NCBI RefSeq assembly: GCF_001017655.1
Contig: NZ_CP010904.1
Span: forward strand, 1,890,001-1,922,000
DNA from: Kiritimatiella glycovorans
Lineage (GTDB): Bacteria; Verrucomicrobiota; Kiritimatiellia; Kiritimatiellales; Kiritimatiellaceae
Direction: 5' to 3'
DNA length: 32,000 bases
The notes beneath the pieces were generated by a model. It had not been told where the DNA came from, ran no database searches, and saw only the letters and a list, made by a program, of their open reading frames with translations. Position numbers and translations under genes: made by a program. How positions within the stretch are numbered: position 1 is the stretch's first letter; every line of letters starts with the position of its first letter. Shown piece by piece: positions 21,760 to 32,000 of the stretch.

Positions 21760-22198
21760 GCTCCCCCCGAAAGAACAGGCCCGCCAGCACGATCATGATC
21801 GCCGCGTTGCGGATCAGCAGCACCCATCCGGTCTCCATCCCGCCCGTGGGATCGAAACACCCGCAGGGGATCGATTTGCCGCGCACGAGCAGGACGGTGA
21901 CGGCCGCGGTGAACACCGTCATGAGACCGAGCAGCAGGAACAGCCCGGCGCGCCGGGTGTGAGAAAAAAATAGAGCGCCGCCGGCGAGGACTTCGATCCA
22001 GGGAATCCAGAGCGCGGCGGGGTTGACCGCCGCATCCGGCAGGAGCCGGTACCGGAAAAGGGCGCGCGCAAAGGCCGGAGGGTCCGCAATCTTCACCACC
22101 CCCGAGTAAAGAAAGAGCGTCGCCATGATCCACGCGACCAGGACCGCCATCCGACCTGCCGCGCCTGTTCCCTCCGGCATCCTCTTAATCTTCTTCAT
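21743..22198 (-). CDS. MauE/DoxX-like membrane protein
   Basis: MKKIKRMPEG...VLVAWIMATLFLYSGVVKIADP...IPCGCF fits the MauE-family pattern. The start is uncertain (22198, 22180 or 22150). Confidence 0.6.
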   Translation of the reverse strand: MKKIKRMPEGTGAAGRMAVLVAWIMATLFLYSGVVKIADPPAFARALFRYRLLPDAAVNPAALWIPWIEVLAGGALFFSHTRRAGLFLLLGLMTVFTAAVTVLLVRGKSIPCGCFDPTGGMETGWVLLIRNAAIMIVLAGLFFRGERRTRA

Positions 22199-22682
22199 CC
22201 CCGGCTCCGGGCATCCTCTTCGCCTCCCCTCCCCGCTCCGCCCACGCCTCCATGCCCCCCGCGAAAACCGCGACACGGGTACAGCCGGAAGCGCGAAAGT
22301 CCAGCGCGGCACGCAGGGCATCTTCGCACCGCGACCCCGAGCAGTAAAACACCAGCCGGTCTCCGGAGGCGCATAACGCGAGTTTCCCTTCCGGCTGCCG
22401 GGGAACCGGAACCGCGCCGGGAAGGTGCCCGCGGCGCCCGTCCTCACATGGACGGACATCCACGAACGTGACCCCGTCGCGGCCGATCCAACGTTGCACC
22501 TCTTCGACGCCGACGACGTCGAGACCCGCGTCCAGGGCGCGGCGGTCCACCGGTCCTTCGTCCCGCACCGGAGAAAGCGGTTCGCTGCGTACCGCGTTCG
22601 ACACCACGGCACACAGAACAGAGGCCAGCAGCAACAGCCCGGCCTGGCGCAGGTCGTAGCGGTTCATCGGGAATACGATCAT
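22185..22682 (-). CDS. Rhodanese-domain protein with signal anchor
   Basis: Active-site loop YCSGSRCED. N-terminal hydrophobic segment. Confidence 0.75.
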   Translation of the reverse strand: MIVFPMNRYDLRQAGLLLLASVLCAVVSNAVRSEPLSPVRDEGPVDRRALDAGLDVVGVEEVQRWIGRDGVTFVDVRPCEDGRRGHLPGAVPVPRQPEGKLALCASGDRLVFYCSGSRCEDALRAALDFRASGCTRVAVFAGGMEAWAERGGEAKRMPGAGDEED

Positions 22683-22712
22683 CAGCAGGACTCTTTTTGA
22701 GATCGACGCCCC

Positions 22713-24311
22713 TCAGCGCGGTTCGAGTATCACGTACGTCGGCAGCCCCTTGACGTCCAGCTCGTCCAGCACCGCCTTCGTGGCCGGCGCCGAGGGGTCC
22801 TCCGCCTGGTAACGGATCATCTCGAACCTCCGGAGCGCCTCTTCCACGCGCTCCTCTTTGAACGTCGTCTCCTCCATCGCCGTGCAGTTCTTGCACCACG
22901 TAGCCCAGAAATCGATCAGGACCGGACGACCCCCGCGCAGGGCCGTCCTGAGTTGTTCAGCCAGGGCGCGGTTCTCCGCGGCCGGTGCGGCTTCCGCACC
23001 CGTCTCCGCCGCCGCCAGCGACGATGCACGCTGCTGCCATAACCGGTACCCCGTGTACCCGTAGTAGAGCGCCAGCCCGAGGATCAGGACGCCGAACAGG
23101 TTGCGCACCACGGTCATCCATCCCCCCGGTTTCGGAAGGAACGAGAGGCCGGCGCCCGCAAACGGCCAGGGCAGCGCCATACCGAGTCCGAGCGCGAACG
23201 GGAGGAACAGGCCGATTCCGATCCCGCCCGCATAAAGATCGCCGGCCAGCAGCAGCACCGCCAGCACGACCGGGGCCACACACGCCCCCGCGAGCAGCGC
23301 GGCCACGGCCCCCATGCCGAGGGCGGCGAAATAGCGCGCCGCGCCGTGGCGTCCGCCCGCCGCCGGCCCGCTTTTCTGAAAACGCGAGAGATCGATGGTG
23401 AACACATCGAACATCGCCAGGGCCAGCACCAGGAAGAGCACGGCGATCGCGACATTGAACACGGGCGAAGCGTTCAACGTGCCGAACTGCGAACCGGTCA
23501 GCACCACCAGCAACCCGAGTGCGCCGTAGACCAGGGCGATCCCCAGCCCGTAGGTTCCGCCGAGCAGAAATCCCTGCAGCCTGGAACCCGCCCGGGCGCC
23601 CGCACCGATGATGGCGAGATTGACCGGGATCACCGGCAGCACGCACGGGGTGAGATTCAGCGCCGCCCCCCCGACCAGGATCAACACCAGCGTCCATCCC
23701 CAGCCGAACGTCTCGAAGAACGACCGCGGCGAGGAAAGAAACGTCCCCCAGGCCCCCTTTTCCTCTTCCGCCAGCGCCCCTTCTTCGCGCAGGAATTCAA
23801 GAAACGGATCCGGTTTCATGTAGCCCACCGCGCGCTCCCGTTCGCGAAACTGTTCGAGCGCTGCGCGCCACGGGCTTCCGTCATCCGCCCCCGCCTCCGC
23901 CGGCGCCCCGGCGGGATCTGCCCCGCCCTCCAGTGCGAGATCGACGGTGACCGGCGGGAAACACACTTTGTCATTACAGCCGAACAGATCCACCTCCAGA
24001 GCGCCGCTCCCCGGATACGGAACCGTCAGGCTGAAGGACTCCTTGTACACGCGCTTCCGCTCGCCCGTGAACGGGTCCTCAGCCATGACCGGGTCGGGGG
24101 CCTCCAGCGGCTTGAGCGCCGCGCCGCCCCTCTCCCGAACCGCGAACTCCTTCGCGTATAAGACATGTCCATCAGGTATGGTGATCTCGACCCGTACCGC
24201 CCGTTCGCCGTCGCGGCGCGTCACAGAGCCCTCCGCCTCGAACGGCACCTGCGGCTGAGCGTGACCGGCCGCCGCCGCGAGGATCATCAGTAAAAGCGGC
24301 ATGTGTTTCAT
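22713..24311 (-). CDS. dsbD: Thiol:disulfide interchange protein DsbD
   Basis: 532 aa. Architecture: signal peptide, N-terminal domain, TM core with CVLPV, and a C-terminal thioredoxin domain with WATWCKNC. Confidence 0.9.
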   Translation of the reverse strand: MKHMPLLLMILAAAAGHAQPQVPFEAEGSVTRRDGERAVRVEITIPDGHVLYAKEFAVRERGGAALKPLEAPDPVMAEDPFTGERKRVYKESFSLTVPYPGSGALEVDLFGCNDKVCFPPVTVDLALEGGADPAGAPAEAGADDGSPWRAALEQFRERERAVGYMKPDPFLEFLREEGALAEEEKGAWGTFLSSPRSFFETFGWGWTLVLILVGGAALNLTPCVLPVIPVNLAIIGAGARAGSRLQGFLLGGTYGLGIALVYGALGLLVVLTGSQFGTLNASPVFNVAIAVLFLVLALAMFDVFTIDLSRFQKSGPAAGGRHGAARYFAALGMGAVAALLAGACVAPVVLAVLLLAGDLYAGGIGIGLFLPFALGLGMALPWPFAGAGLSFLPKPGGWMTVVRNLFGVLILGLALYYGYTGYRLWQQRASSLAAAETGAEAAPAAENRALAEQLRTALRGGRPVLIDFWATWCKNCTAMEETTFKEERVEEALRRFEMIRYQAEDPSAPATKAVLDELDVKGLPTYVILEPR

Positions 24312-24404
24312 AAGCTACCTCCTTGGTATCATATTGATGATGAACGCTCGGGCTCCGGTGTTCAACATTTTATCCCGGGAAGATTCTTTCCTAATATACG
24401 GTTG

Positions 24405-24416
24405 ACGAGCGCTCGT
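24405..24416. promoter_or_regulatory. 12-bp perfect palindrome ACGAGCGCTCGT overlapping a TTGACG -35-like box; candidate antitoxin operator
   Basis: Read directly from the sequence. It lies 45 nt upstream of the antitoxin ATG in an AT-richer spacer. Confidence 0.4.
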
Positions 24417-24460
24417 ATTCTAATGTATTCGATATATATACAAAAGATGCGAGGTTTGCG

Positions 24461-24700
24461 ATGTCAAAGACGGTAACCCTGAGACTGCCCGAATCGACCT
24501 ACGAGCGGTTCCGCACCCTGGCCCAGCGTGAAAATCGGCCCCTCTCGAACTTCATCGAGACTGCGGCGTCGCGCTATATCGAGACAGAGCAGTTCGTGGA
24601 CGAGTTCGAAATGGAGGAAATTGAAGCGAACGTCGATCTGAACCGCAGTCTGAAGCGCGGAATCAAGGATGCCAAGGCCGGTCGAGGGCGGTTTGTCTGA
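24461..24700 (+). CDS. Ribbon-helix-helix (CopG-like) type II antitoxin
   Basis: 79 aa. MSKTVTLRLPESTYERFRTLAQRENRPLSNFIETA is a typical RHH N-terminus. It overlaps the toxin gene. Confidence 0.75.
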   Translation: MSKTVTLRLPESTYERFRTLAQRENRPLSNFIETAASRYIETEQFVDEFEMEEIEANVDLNRSLKRGIKDAKAGRGRFV

Positions 24701-24974
24701 TTTCCGGATATTCGAGACCGGGGAATTCCAGAAGAAGCTTGGCAAGCTCCCCCCCGATGCAAACCGGTTTGTCGAGAGAAAGCTGACGGAGCATGTCTAC
24801 CCCCAGCTTCGCCAGAACCCCTTCCTCGGCCCCAATATCAAAAAACTCAAAGGATACGATCCCGCCACCTGGCGGTATCGCATCGGCAAGTACCGGCTGT
24901 TCTTCATGGTTGACCAGGCTGAACGCGTTATTTTCATGCTCTCAGTCGATAATCGGCGCGACGCCTACAGGTAG
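24669..24974 (+). CDS. RelE/ParE-superfamily toxin
   Basis: ...KLKGYDPATWRYRIGKYRLFFMVDQAERVIFMLSVDNRRDAY is the conserved RelE-like C-terminal core. An alternative TTG start at 24693 would give an 8-nt overlap with the antitoxin stop. Confidence 0.75.
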   Translation: MPRPVEGGLSDFRIFETGEFQKKLGKLPPDANRFVERKLTEHVYPQLRQNPFLGPNIKKLKGYDPATWRYRIGKYRLFFMVDQAERVIFMLSVDNRRDAYR

Positions 24975-25090
24975 AGAAAGGATCGTATCTGCGTCCATTA
25001 CAATTCGTAAGAGTACCCGGAGCGCCAAAGGCACGATCCTGCCGGCCGACTCCAGGAAATCGAGTACGAGGCCGCGTGACCGGTGAACCC

Positions 25091-26479
25091 ATGAACGAGC
25101 CGACACATCCTGCTTATGAGACGGCGTTGCGCGTGCTCGCGACGCTGCGCGAGGCGGGTCATAAGGCCTGGTTCGCGGGCGGCTCCGTGCGCGACCGCCT
25201 GCTCGGCCGCGAAGCCAAGGACTACGACGTGGCCACGGACGCCCTCCCCTCGCGCGTGGAGGAACTTTTCTCGCGCACAGTGGCCGTCGGCAAATCGTTC
25301 GGCGTGATCGCCGTGGTCGAAGACGACATCCAGATCGAGGTCACGACGTTCCGCAGCGAAGACCAGTACGAGGACGGCCGACGGCCGGGCTCCGTCACGC
25401 CGACGACGCCGGAAGAGGATGCGCAGCGGCGCGATTTTACGATTAACGGCCTCTTCTACGACCCGGTCGCGGACAGGGTTATCGATTACGTGGGCGGACG
25501 CGAAGACCTTGCACGCGGCCTGGTCCGGGCGATCGGAGACCCCGGGGAGCGGTTCGGCGAAGATCACCTGCGCATGCTGCGCGCCGTCCGCTTCGCCGCG
25601 ACGCTGGAATTCGAGATCGAAACGCGGACGCGTGAAGCCATTCGAGCGCTGGCGGGGCGGATCGACCGCATCAGCGCCGAGCGGATCGAAATCGAGCTGA
25701 CCCGCACCCTGACCGAATCGCCGCGCCCCGGCCGGGCCCTGTGCACCCTGCTGGATACCGGGCTGCTCGCCGAGGTGATCCCCGAGGCGGTCCCCATGGT
25801 CGGCCAGGAGCAGCCTCCTGAGTTTCACCCGGAGGGCGACGTGTTTACCCATACCTGTCTCATGCTGGACCGGATGGGAGCCGGTGTGAAAGAGCCGGGG
25901 GTCGACCGGGCCGAACTCGCCTGGGCCCTACTGCTGCACGACGTCGGCAAGCCGCCCGCCTGCGTCCATTCGCAGTGGCCCGACGGAAGACCGCGGCTTC
26001 GTTTCGACCGCCACGCCCGGATAAGCGCGGACATGGCCGAGGCGGTCATGCGCCGGCTGAAAATGCCCGCGAAGCGCATCCGGAACGTGGTCACCGCCAT
26101 TGATCGTCACATGCGTTTCATGCATGTCGAAGAGATGCGCGAGTCGAAACTGCGCCGCTGGATGGCGGAGCCGGTCTTTCCGCTGGAACTCGAACTGCAC
26201 CGGCTCGACTGCGAGGGGAGTCATGGAGACATGAGCTGCTACCGGCGCGTGATGGATCTGCGCGAAAAGATCAGCCGCGAACCGGTACTCCCCGAACCCT
26301 GGGTCAACGGACGCGACCTGATCGCGATGGGACTGGAACCGGGTCCGGGGATCGGGGAGCTGCTGGACGAGGCCTTCGAGCGTCAGCTTGAGGGCGAGGC
26401 GGCCTCGCGCGAAGAGCTGCTGGCATGGCTGCGGGAACGCGTCGCGCAGAAATCGAACCAAGCCCGCAAGCCGGATTAA
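25091..26479 (+). CDS. cca: CCA-adding tRNA nucleotidyltransferase with HD domain
   Basis: Motifs GGSVRDRLLGREAKDYDVAT, RRDFTINGLFYD and HD motif LLLHDVGKP. ATG at 25091 is preferred over GTG at 25076. Confidence 0.85.
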   Translation: MNEPTHPAYETALRVLATLREAGHKAWFAGGSVRDRLLGREAKDYDVATDALPSRVEELFSRTVAVGKSFGVIAVVEDDIQIEVTTFRSEDQYEDGRRPGSVTPTTPEEDAQRRDFTINGLFYDPVADRVIDYVGGREDLARGLVRAIGDPGERFGEDHLRMLRAVRFAATLEFEIETRTREAIRALAGRIDRISAERIEIELTRTLTESPRPGRALCTLLDTGLLAEVIPEAVPMVGQEQPPEFHPEGDVFTHTCLMLDRMGAGVKEPGVDRAELAWALLLHDVGKPPACVHSQWPDGRPRLRFDRHARISADMAEAVMRRLKMPAKRIRNVVTAIDRHMRFMHVEEMRESKLRRWMAEPVFPLELELHRLDCEGSHGDMSCYRRVMDLREKISREPVLPEPWVNGRDLIAMGLEPGPGIGELLDEAFERQLEGEAASREELLAWLRERVAQKSNQARKPD

Positions 26480-26517
26480 GGATCCCGCGCCGGGGCACGA
26501 ACGGCAGGCCTACGACC

Positions 26518-27030
26518 ATGATGACGCTGCAGGACATTGACTGGGAACACTGGACGCCGGTGGAGGACGCGACCCTGCTGTTCGTCATCCGCGGCGGGCG
26601 GATCCTCCTGATTCACAAAAAGCGCGGATTCGGCGCCGGCAAGATCAACGGACCCGGCGGACGCATCGAACCCGGCGAGACTCCGGAAGAATGTGCGCTG
26701 CGTGAAGTTGAAGAAGAACTGCGCATCCGTCCTCTGAACGTGGATTACGCCGGCCTGCTTCAGTTTCAGTTCGTCGACGGCTTTTCAATCCGCGGCCACG
26801 TCTATCGAGCCGCGGATTTCGAGGGCACGCCTGTGGAGACGGACGAGGCGATCCCGCTCTGGTGCGAGACCGACGCCCTGCCCTTTGAGCGGATGTGGGC
26901 CGACGACCCCGTCTGGTTCCCCCACCTCCTCGCCGGACGCAGATTCTCCGGCCGGTTTATTTTCGAGGGAGAGCGGATGGTCGAGTACCGGGTGGTGGAG
27001 GAGGAGGAAGAGTTTGAGTGCGAAACCTGA
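26518..27030 (+). CDS. Nudix hydrolase (MutT/MTH1-like)
   Basis: Nudix box GPGGRIEPGETPEECALREVEEELRI. Start taken at the ATG ATG at 26518. Confidence 0.85.
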   Translation: MMTLQDIDWEHWTPVEDATLLFVIRGGRILLIHKKRGFGAGKINGPGGRIEPGETPEECALREVEEELRIRPLNVDYAGLLQFQFVDGFSIRGHVYRAADFEGTPVETDEAIPLWCETDALPFERMWADDPVWFPHLLAGRRFSGRFIFEGERMVEYRVVEEEEEFECET

Positions 27031-27031
27031 G

Positions 27032-27084
27032 ACCTGAGACCTGAGTAAAACGGGTTCTACCTGAATTTTACTCAGGTCTCAGGT
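27032..27084. terminator. 19-bp perfect hairpin between convergent genes (likely bidirectional terminator or stabiliser)
   Basis: ACCTGAGACCTGAGTAAAA (27032-27050) pairs with TTTTACTCAGGTCTCAGGT (27066-27084), with a 15-nt loop. No flanking U-tract, so the terminator function is inferred from position. Confidence 0.5.
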
Positions 27085-27098
27085 TTCAGCATTCACAC

Positions 27099-28178
27099 TC
27101 AATAAAGCATCCCCGCGAACACCACGTAGACCACGAGCATCAACCACGAATAGATACCCAGCCGGAGGAAGGTGCGGCGGCCGGGGCGGCGGACGGCGGC
27201 GATGAGCAGGAGGGTAAGGAGCAATACTTCGAGCGCGGTCAGCCAGTGATCGCCTGCCGCGTAATAGAGCAGCGCCTCGCCCCGCAGCGCGATATCGGCG
27301 ACGAAAAGGATCAGCAGGTTGAACATATTGCTTCCGAGCACGTTGCCCACAGCCATATCCACGAAACCGTAGCGCACCGCGGCGGCGCACACCACCAGCT
27401 CGGGGAGGCTGGTGGCGATCGCGAGAAAAAGCGTACCGATGAAACTCTGTTTCAGACCGAAGCCGCCCAGCTCCGGCGGAAGGGCCATGCGGTCCGCCAG
27501 CGCCGAGAGCACGGCGCCGCCGAGGACGATCACCAGCGCCAGCGCCAGCAGTCGGCCATAAAACGCGGCGGCCGGCATTCCGATCAGGCGCGACTCGACC
27601 GCCTTCATTTCGGGCGGCCGGGGCGGCTCGCGCCGCTGGTAGCCGCGAACCATGTATACGTACGCGAGCGGAAGCAGCGGTATAAGCCATCCCGTGCCGA
27701 GCAGCGGGATCGCGAGACCGTTTCTCCGGTCGAACGCGAACGCGGCGGCAAACAGCCCCAGCAGGATCAGTCCCGAAAAGGCCGACCTCAGGTGGCGCGG
27801 GTTGACGCGGGCAAGGACAGGTTCACTGCGCCGGATCGCGTCGAGCACGACCAGGATCATCAGGTTGAACACGTTGGAGCCGAGCATATTTCCCGTCGCG
27901 AGGTCGGCCCCGGCGGAAAGGGCCCGTACGCGGTCGGCGCCGGCAAGTCCCTGCGCATTGAAGCCCGCCCGCACGACGGAGGCCACGGACACCGCCAGTT
28001 CGGGAAGACTCGTCACCGCCGCGAGAAAAATCAGCCCGATCAGCCCGGCGCCGATTTTCGTGCGTTCGCTGAGCGCGTCGCCGTACAGGCTGAGTCGCAC
28101 GCCCGCCCGCACCACGACGGCCGCGGTCAGCACAAACGCGGCCGCGAGGACCGCCGGAAATTGAAGCCAGGAAACCAT
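27099..28178 (-). CDS. CaCA-family cation/Ca2+ exchanger (YrbG-like)
   Basis: 359 aa. Two alpha-repeats, GNMLGSNVFNL and GNVLGSNMFNL, each preceded by TSLPEL. Confidence 0.85.
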   Translation of the reverse strand: MVSWLQFPAVLAAAFVLTAAVVVRAGVRLSLYGDALSERTKIGAGLIGLIFLAAVTSLPELAVSVASVVRAGFNAQGLAGADRVRALSAGADLATGNMLGSNVFNLMILVVLDAIRRSEPVLARVNPRHLRSAFSGLILLGLFAAAFAFDRRNGLAIPLLGTGWLIPLLPLAYVYMVRGYQRREPPRPPEMKAVESRLIGMPAAAFYGRLLALALVIVLGGAVLSALADRMALPPELGGFGLKQSFIGTLFLAIATSLPELVVCAAAVRYGFVDMAVGNVLGSNMFNLLILFVADIALRGEALLYYAAGDHWLTALEVLLLTLLLIAAVRRPGRRTFLRLGIYSWLMLVVYVVFAGMLY

Positions 28179-28268
28179 GCGCGGAATGATGAAGCGGAGA
28201 CCGGTTCAGATCAACAGGAGAAGAGGTCTCCCCGCGATTATTCCGTCCCCGCTGCCGGGTCCGGGGAT

Positions 28269-29060
28269 TCAGGTAAAGGGCAGCTCGACCTCCATGCCGT
28301 CGCAGGGCACGACCCCCCACTCCGGGAGCCGCGACTGCAGCTCGTCGTGATCGAAATGGTGCGTGATGTGGGTCGGGCAGAACACCCGCGGCCGGAGACG
28401 GCGCGCGGCGGCGAGACTCTGCTCCAGCCCGAAGTGCGTGGGATGCGGCTCCGGGCGCAGGGTGTCGAGGATCAGGACGTCCAGATCGTCCAGCAGCGCC
28501 GCGGTTGCGTCCGGGATGCCGCTGCAGTCCGGGATATAGGCGACCGCCGCGCGGTCCGCGTCGATCCGGTACCCGTAGATCTGTGCCGGGCCGTGCAGGA
28601 CCGGGAGCGGGCGCACTACGGCCTCGCCCGATCCGGCGGACAGCCGGACGGGAGCATCCATCGGCCGGAAATCGACCCAGGGCACGGCGCCGAACGAATG
28701 GCCTTCCGAATGCACATACTCGAATCTTCTCTCCAGCAGGCGAAGCGTTTCGGCCGAAGCGTGGACGGGAAGGCGCCGGCGCTGCATCTGGCTGTAGCGG
28801 CGCAGGTCGTCGAAACCGAATATGTGATCGGCGTGCGCGTGGGTGATGAAGACGGCATCCACGCGCTCCACCCCGCAGCTCAGGGCCTGCTCGCGCAGAT
28901 CCGGCGGCGTGTCGAAGAGCATAGAGAGGTCGCCCGCCTCCACGTGGAGACTGCACCTCCGCCGGCGGTTTCTCGGGTCCTTCGAGCTGCAGACCGGACA
29001 GTGGCAGCCGATCATCGGGATCCCGTGCGAAGTCCCCGTCCCCAGAAACGTGAGCTTCAT
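28269..29060 (-). CDS. PhnP-like MBL-fold metallo-hydrolase
   Basis: Motifs LGTGTSHGIP, the CHCPVC Zn-ribbon-like cluster, and HAHADH. Confidence 0.8.
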   Translation of the reverse strand: MKLTFLGTGTSHGIPMIGCHCPVCSSKDPRNRRRRCSLHVEAGDLSMLFDTPPDLREQALSCGVERVDAVFITHAHADHIFGFDDLRRYSQMQRRRLPVHASAETLRLLERRFEYVHSEGHSFGAVPWVDFRPMDAPVRLSAGSGEAVVRPLPVLHGPAQIYGYRIDADRAAVAYIPDCSGIPDATAALLDDLDVLILDTLRPEPHPTHFGLEQSLAAARRLRPRVFCPTHITHHFDHDELQSRLPEWGVVPCDGMEVELPFT

Positions 29061-29071
29061 GAGCCGTGTCC

Positions 29072-30058
29072 CTACTCCGCACCGGCGGACTCAAGATGGT
29101 CCCGCACGTAGCTGCGGATCCCGTCCTCCAGCGCTGTGAACGCCTGCCGGTATCCCGCTTCGCGCAGCTTGGTCAGGTCCGCCTCCGTGTAATACTGGTA
29201 ATTCGGCCGGATCGATTCGGGCATGTCGATATAGCGGATATGCGGTTTACGCCCCATGGACTCGAACACCGCGCGCGCGAGGTCGTTCCAGCTCCGAGCC
29301 CGTCCGGTACCGCAGTTATAGAGGCCGTTGATCTCCGGATGATCGCCGAGCCAGAGCGTGAGATCCACCGCATCGCCGACATGCACGAAATCGCGCACCT
29401 GCTCCCCGTCCGCGTATTCCGAACGGTGGGACCGGAAGAGCCGCACCTCGCCCCGTTCGCGCACCTGCCCCCACGCCTTGTGGATCATCGAGCGCATATC
29501 GCCCTTGTGGGCCTCGCCGGGGCCGTAGACGTTGAAGTATTTGATGCCGGCCACGCGATCGAGCGCTTCGTGGCGCAGGGCCCATAGATCGAAGCGGTGC
29601 TTTGAATAACCGTACATATTGAGCGGGCGATAGGCCGGCGTGCTCTCGTGGCGGTCGGAGTAACCGCGCGATCCGTCGCCATAGGTGGCCGCGCTGGACG
29701 CGTAGACGAAGCGGGTCCCCGCGCGCAGACAGGCCTCGCACAGCTGACGGGTGTACGCGTAGTTGTTGCGCATCAGGTAGTCCGCGTCGGCCTCCGTGGT
29801 GGAGGAGCAGGCGCCCAGGTGATACACCGCCTCCAGCCCCATCCAGGGGATATCGGGCAGGGTCTCGAGGAAGGCATCCTTGTCGATGAAATCCTCGAAT
29901 TCGAGTCCGTTGAGATTCCGCCACTTCAGGCCGCTGCCCAGCCGGTCGACGATCAGGATGTTCGTCTCGCCGCGTTCGTTCAGCGCCCGCACCAGGTTGG
30001 AGCCGATGAAGCCCGCTCCACCGGTGACGATGTATCTGAGTTCCGTGTTACCGTTCAT
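29072..30058 (-). CDS. hldD: ADP-L-glycero-D-manno-heptose 6-epimerase
   Basis: Start taken at MNGNTELRYIVTGGAGFIGSN. Motifs GACSSTTE, YASSAATYG, YGYSK, YFNVYGP and NCGTGRA are collinear with enterobacterial HldD as I recall it. Confidence 0.85.
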   Translation of the reverse strand: MNGNTELRYIVTGGAGFIGSNLVRALNERGETNILIVDRLGSGLKWRNLNGLEFEDFIDKDAFLETLPDIPWMGLEAVYHLGACSSTTEADADYLMRNNYAYTRQLCEACLRAGTRFVYASSAATYGDGSRGYSDRHESTPAYRPLNMYGYSKHRFDLWALRHEALDRVAGIKYFNVYGPGEAHKGDMRSMIHKAWGQVRERGEVRLFRSHRSEYADGEQVRDFVHVGDAVDLTLWLGDHPEINGLYNCGTGRARSWNDLARAVFESMGRKPHIRYIDMPESIRPNYQYYTEADLTKLREAGYRQAFTALEDGIRSYVRDHLESAGAE

Positions 30059-30196
30059 TACGTGGTCCTCCGCACAAGTTGATCCATGAGCCGTCACGGT
30101 AACAGAGAAGCGGATGGAGCGGTAGGATGTAGTTCATGGCCGTGCGGGCGGGGAGCGGGTGGACATAAGCAGAGTCATCCGGTACCCTGCCCGGGT

Positions 30197-32000
<1,804 letters not shown>

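Overview
High-GC bacterial chromosomal window. No rRNA, tRNA, CRISPR array, transposase or integrase was seen.

Gene content from left to right:
- Metal and iron cluster on the minus strand (1-6987): a partial gene, DUF2023, flavodoxin, then dtxR/mntR-like, feoA, feoA, feoB and feoC. These are joined by ATGA or TGATG stop/start overlaps. A divergent RcnA/NicO-like permease and a small lipoprotein follow.
- A roughly 2.2-kb tract (6988-9215) with no credible ORF. Its plus strand is strongly G/A-rich and T-poor and is dense in hairpins. This is the most unusual thing in the window. It could be one or more large structured ncRNAs, or heavily decayed DNA.
- A cyclic-nucleotide signalling neighbourhood (9689-15430): FecR-domain protein, CHASE2 class III cyclase, MBL-fold hydrolase, a divergent cNMP-binding histidine kinase and a Ser/Thr kinase.
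- A translationally coupled chain: YjbQ, small membrane protein, YfcH-like epimerase, kinase.
- A Sfp-type PPTase and two tandem paralogous membrane proteins.
- An oxidative-stress and envelope-redox set: Fur/PerR-like regulator, peroxiredoxin, lipoprotein-type MsrA, SlyB-like lipoprotein, and DsbD-rhodanese-MauE.
- A lower-GC RHH/RelE toxin-antitoxin islet.
- Housekeeping genes: cca, Nudix, CaCA exchanger, PhnP-like MBL, hldD, and ftsH (partial at the right edge).

Non-genic signals worth follow-up:
- A family of palindromic CACCACGGAG...CTCCGTGGTG elements, three copies, one embedded in a 307-bp triple-nested palindrome.
- A 32-nt ATGACCA-heptamer element shared by the flavodoxin leader and the feoA/feoB junction. 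At the junction it can sequester the feoB start codon in a roughly 20-bp hairpin.
- Near-identical promoter/operator blocks carrying CAAACAT half-sites in front of metal genes.
- An 8-bp x 9-10 tandem repeat abutting the Shine-Dalgarno of the SlyB-like gene.
- An intrinsic terminator 16 nt upstream of the cyclase start codon.

All family calls come from reading motifs by eye. No database search was possible.
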